64,000 nt of DNA from Massalongia carnosa (lineage: Eukaryota), in assembly GCA_965645245.1 (NCBI GenBank), contig OZ287079.1, forward strand, positions 496,001 through 560,000, read 5' to 3'. Made by a program: the position numbers and the translations under genes. The notes below the pieces were generated by a model. It saw only the letters and a program-made list of their open reading frames with translations. It had not been told where the DNA came from and did no database searches. Of this stretch, positions 59,525 to 64,000 are shown piece by piece (positions within the stretch are counted from its first letter, which is position 1; each line of letters opens with the position of its first letter).

Positions 59525-61685
59525 TTGTCCACGCTCATCGACTCTAATTTTCCCTGAACGAGTTTACAAGGACAGCAGCGAGGATCTGCAGAGCTGGATT
59601 AAGAACCTTTGGTATCGGTAAGGAGATGCTACTACTACTATCAATAAGTAGACTGGCGAAATCTGATCGAGGCTGACAGAAATTGCGAATTCACTGGGAA
59701 GAACCCCGTCATGACTCTCAAGGATATCTCTATCAACATCCTCTACGTCTGGCTGAGTGTGGCTAGTACCCTGCAAACATACTGGAATGTTTTTTACCTA
59801 GTGCGAAAGAAAGAGACTGGCTGTCTAGAGATCGACCCGCTTATCAAAAGCCAGATGCACGGGGTACGAGAGCCCCATTCTACGCCTCTATTGATTAACC
59901 AGTACTAGGTGAGACAACGGCTCGCTCTAAAGCACAGGTTAAGGACTGAGAAGAAGAAGAAGAAGCTCATCATGCGGGCCGAGGACGAGTTCGTCGAGAT
60001 CGTCTTTGATCACGAGCGGCACCGTGTACAACTAGCCTTGATCATGCAGCTAGCCGGAATCACAGACAACCGTCCTGCTGCCCTCTTGGGTGTGTGCTAC
60101 AAAGATGTTAAGATCACCTTGCTTCCGGATCTCAAAGGAGGGGAGCTTCCTCGACGGTTGATTGAAATCGCATTCAAGAATACGAAGGGCTATCTAGGCG
60201 ATAAAGAAACGTCCGTGTTGTCCTTTTGTGCTTTCTTCGTCGAGACGGACAGTTTCGCTGAACGACTGACAAGTATCATAGAAACGAGTTCAGGATTCCT
60301 GACGAGCCTGACGAACTATGCCTGCTGCTTTGTCCTCATCTGAACCTACTCACTTTGATCTTTATCGATCAGGCCTTCGCCGCTCCCGAATTGATTTCTG
60401 CCGAACAGTTATTCCGTCTCCGGATTCCCCCGGGACAGAAACAGCTGCCGTTTCCCCTTAAGGAAACGATGCTACAAGTTCTCCTCTTCCGCCGATCCGA
60501 ATTCACCGTGAACGGGGTTCGAATTTCGGATGACAAAGCTCTGCCTGACAGTACTCTTCGCTCACGGATGATAAACCTTGGAAGCGTCAATGGCATGAAG
60601 CTTCCCACCGGTTCATACATCTTTCGACGCGGCAATAGCGAAGCTCTCGACAACAGCAAGTGTGTAACACGACCTCTGTCAATCTTCTTTTGAGCTTTTC
60701 GCTGACCCTTGCACAGGCTTCATCAGCGAATCGCAACGAAATCTGATTTTGCAATATCATAACTCCACCGTGTTCTTAAAAAGCTATCTCTCGAGGTATA
60801 TCACAAGTGATACCGGGGCCGCCTCTTGTGATTTGAAGCCGCAAACTGCGTTCATGCGATTCGCCAGTGGAATGAGTCGTACGATTGATCGACGACGGCC
60901 TCGGAAGCTCAATGACGCCCAAAAAGCCTAGGTCGATCGTCACCCAGAGGTTAGACTCCTTCGCCGGAGGCAAAAGAAAATGTTCTAGTTCATCAAAGAC
61001 AATCATGGACCCATCGCGAGCATGAAGGGACATCAGTGTAGAATAAGTACCAAAAGGCGTATCAAGCTCATCGCAACATTAAACGGCGGCAGAGGAGGCT
61101 CTTTTACAAGAGGTCAAACCGACGTATAAGAGGGAGCAGCCGGTGATCGACATTCAACGAAAGCTGAAAGGACTGCCGTCGGTAGAACTGGAGACGGCGA
61201 AGGCAGAGGATTACGTCTTCGAGGAGCGTGTCCGGGTCATCGATACCCTCCTCACCTTCGCGACGTCATCCCCAGAGGAAGAGTGCAAACGGCGGGTGGA
61301 AGCGATCAATGCTTTGACAGCCCTTTGTCGCTTGCAGGAAGGCAAGCGTCCACGTCGTTCAAAACCTTCCGCGTCGGTCATCAAGGAACGGCATCTGACA
61401 CCACCATCTGTCCTCGATCCGGCCTCTCTTTCAGACTCCATCCCGATTGAATGCGAACCCACTCAATGTATCTTTTGCCTCGGCTGTGTAGCGCTACCCA
61501 CCGAGACACGTCTGAAGTCTTTCCACAGCCGCTACGATCTGAAAAAGCACTTCCATTGTAAACACCTTCGTCATCACCAAGACGGTCATCCGATCGCATG
61601 CCCTCATCCAAGGTGTCAAGATGTTTTGACAAGCACAATGCACTTGCAGAACCATGCGGAGTTGGTTCACAAGACGCCCACTTGA
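59525..61685 (+). pseudogene. DUF3435 tyrosine recombinase (Starship captain type) with C-terminal Zn fingers, pseudogenised
   Basis: STLQTYWNVF; FDHERHRVQLALIMQLAGITDNRPAALL; KNTKG; LCPHL..LIFIDQAF; SYIFRRG..LD; QRNLILQ..VF..YLSR; MSRTIDRRRPRKL; QCIFC; CPHPRC..HLQNHAELVH; several introns, stops at ~60929 and ~60986, frameshifts. Confidence 0.85.
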
Positions 61686-62637
61686 CTGTCATTCGGCCTT
61701 TGCGTGCAGATTGGTTATATAAATTCCTTTTGAGGTCACCACCTTACGAGCGGCCATAATAGGTTGCCTCCCCATAGAAAAGCTTCGGTTCGGCATCGAG
61801 CTTGCCTAATTCCATACCCTTCTGCTGTATTCGATGCGTCGAATGGTAAGTCTCATGACCATCTCGGGTTCTTATGGGTTCTTCGCTCCTTGTAGCCTAT
61901 GACTGCTGCGTCACCATCAGCATCAACTCTCGTATCGCTCTAGCTCCCAATTTCGGCTCCTCTACTCCCTCGCAAACATCCCATCTTCAAAATCATGGCT
62001 ACCGTACCATTTGCAACAGCAACCAAATGGGATAGCCTAGGAGTATACGTAAAATGTCCCTTCTATCTAAAGACTCATTATCACGGACCAGATCATCAGC
62101 CATGGACAGGTCAGACTTGGGTTGCTCACTTCGGGGGCAATCGTGGGTATGCTGACCTTACCTATCAATCACTGTATTCTTACAAAGGATAGCTGCCTCC
62201 ATCTAACATTCATCTAACATGGCTGCCTAAATCATACATGTACCGCGTTATAGATGGAGAGCGTCTCGGCGCAACACACATGAAGTCAGAGATAATTGTT
62301 TTACCCTTGGGGCCACTATCTAGACCATTATGTAAAATAGTAGCAATATTAAAAAACGATATTAAACTCCTGGGAAACATGATATCTTCAGCCAGAAAAA
62401 ATGCCCAAGGCTTTAAAATGACAGCGGCTTTTTAGTCCCTATCCCTTTTCAATCATTACTCCCTTTTAATCCCTACTCTCTTTCAATTCCTATATAATCC
62501 GATTTGGCACAGCGAGACAAGATGCCAAGAAATGTGAAACTTCCCCCGTACGTCTTGCGCCCTTGCGCCCCTTACCTTCAAGTTCCCTCTCAACGGAACG
62601 ATAGAATTCCAATTCCACCATTGCCAGCAAGATTCAA

Positions 62638-64000
62638 CTAGCTTTCAGACGGTATGGATTTGATTTCATTTTGACGTTTGAATATGTCATCAGGCCTTGT
62701 CCTGCCTAGAATTGTCATACCTGGCACAGGTAAGCCGCTTGAGCCCCGCAGATACATCTCTTCGGCCTCGTTCGTCATGCCTTGATCTGCATACAGACTT
62801 CCTAGATTGTTGACTGTGTCAAGCGTTGATGTGTGATCAGGACCCCAGGCCTTTTCGTATCCTGTCAATGCCCGCAGATACATCTCTTCGGCCTCGTTCA
62901 TCTTGCCTTGATCTGCATACAAAATTCCTAGATTGTTGACTGTGTCAAGCGTTGATGTGTGATCAGGACCCCAGGCCTTTTCGTATCCTGTCAATGCCCG
63001 CAGATACATCTCTTCGGCCTCGTTCATCTTGCCTTGATCTTTATACAAATTTCCTAGATTGTTGACTGTGTTGAGCGTTGATGTGTGATCAGGACCCCAG
63101 GCCTTTTCCTTTCCTGTCAATGCCCGCAGATACATCTCTTCGGCCTCGTTCATCTTGGCTTGATCTTTATACAAATTTCCTAGATTGTTGACTGTGTTGA
63201 GCGTTGATGTGTGATCAGGACCCCAGGCCTTTTCCTTTCCTGTCAATGCCCGCAGATACATCTCTTCGGCCTCGTTCATCTTGCCTTGATTTTCATACAA
63301 AATTCCTAGATTGTTGACTGTGTCAAGCGTTGATGTGTGATCAGGACCCCAGGCCTTTTCGTATCCTGTCAATGCCCGCAGATACATCTCTTCGGCCTCG
63401 TTCATCTTGCCTTGATCTGCATACAAAAGCCCTAGATTGTGGACTGTGTTGAGCGTTGATGTGTGATCAGGACCCCAGGCCTTTTCGTATCCTGTCAATG
63501 CCCGCAGATACATCTCTTCGGCCTCGTTCATCTTGCCTTGATCTGCATACAAAATTCCTAGATTGTTGACTGTGTCAAGCGTTGATGTGTGATCAGGACC
63601 CCAGGCCTTTTCGTATCCTGTCAATGCCCGCAGATACATCTCTTCGGCCTCGTTCATCTTGCCTTGATCTGCATACAAAAGCCCTAGATTGTTGACTGTG
63701 TTGAGCGTTGATGTGTGATCAGGACCCCAGGCCTTTTCCTTTCCTGTCAATGCCCGCAGATACATCTCTTCGGCCTCGTTCATCTTGCCTTGATCTGCAT
63801 ACAAAAGCCCTAGATTGTTGACTGTGTTGAGCGTTGATGTGTGATCAGGACCCCAGGCCTTTTCCTTTCCTGTCAATGCCCGCAGATACATCTCTTCGGC
63901 CTCGTTCATCTTGCCTTGATTTTCATACAAAATTCCTAGATTGTTGACTGTGTCAAGCGTTGATGTGTGATCAGGACCCCAGGCCTTTTCGTATCCTGTC
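62638..64000 (-). CDS. C-terminal TPR array (kinesin-light-chain-like, 42-aa units) of a probable NLR-type STAND protein; 5' part outside window
   Basis: At least 10 near-identical units STL(N/D)TV(N/H)NLG(x)LY(x)(D/N)QGKMNEAEEMYLRALTG(K/Y)EKAWGPDHT; frame open to the window edge. Confidence 0.9.
   Translation of the reverse strand, partial: TGYEKAWGPDHTSTLDTVNNLGILYENQGKMNEAEEMYLRALTGKEKAWGPDHTSTLNTVNNLGLLYADQGKMNEAEEMYLRALTGKEKAWGPDHTSTLNTVNNLGLLYADQGKMNEAEEMYLRALTGYEKAWGPDHTSTLDTVNNLGILYADQGKMNEAEEMYLRALTGYEKAWGPDHTSTLNTVHNLGLLYADQGKMNEAEEMYLRALTGYEKAWGPDHTSTLDTVNNLGILYENQGKMNEAEEMYLRALTGKEKAWGPDHTSTLNTVNNLGNLYKDQAKMNEAEEMYLRALTGKEKAWGPDHTSTLNTVNNLGNLYKDQGKMNEAEEMYLRALTGYEKAWGPDHTSTLDTVNNLGILYADQGKMNEAEEMYLRALTGYEKAWGPDHTSTLDTVNNLGSLYADQGMTNEAEEMYLRGSSGLPVPGMTILGRTRPDDIFKRQNEIKSIPSES
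62744..64000. repeat. 126-bp tandem repeat, about 10 copies, very high identity
   Basis: Unit cagatacatctcttcggcctcgttcatcttgccttgat... recurs every 126 bp. Confidence 0.97.

Noticed and set aside
61995..62435. Small ORFs downstream of the recombinase (VKCPFYLKTHYHG)
   Set aside because: Probably a decayed gene fragment; too degraded to assign.

Overview
Fungal (filamentous ascomycete-like, spliceosomal introns) accessory/repeat region; most of the window is nested transposons. Target-site duplications (TSDs) and terminal repeats resolve two MuDR-type and two FAR1/Hop-type MULEs, five Tc1/mariner elements (two with intact DD34E ORFs), three Fot1/pogo elements, a deleted piggyBac, a 5'-truncated LINE, copia and gypsy pol relics, about eight solo LTRs, a foldback element and a DIRS/Ngaro retroelement plus a separate solo copy of its termini. 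Between the TEs lie host-type genes linked to fungal conflict/defence: a HeLo-like+ankyrin pseudogene (with a second decayed paralog), a CorA-like membrane protein, a GPI-anchored Ser/Thr-rich protein, a KP4 killer-toxin-like gene and a 12-Cys secreted protein. At the right end a decayed DUF3435 tyrosine recombinase (Starship captain type) is followed by a near-identical 126-bp TPR array typical of fungal NLR sensors, which runs off the window. All family assignments come from motif recognition by eye; no searches were run.
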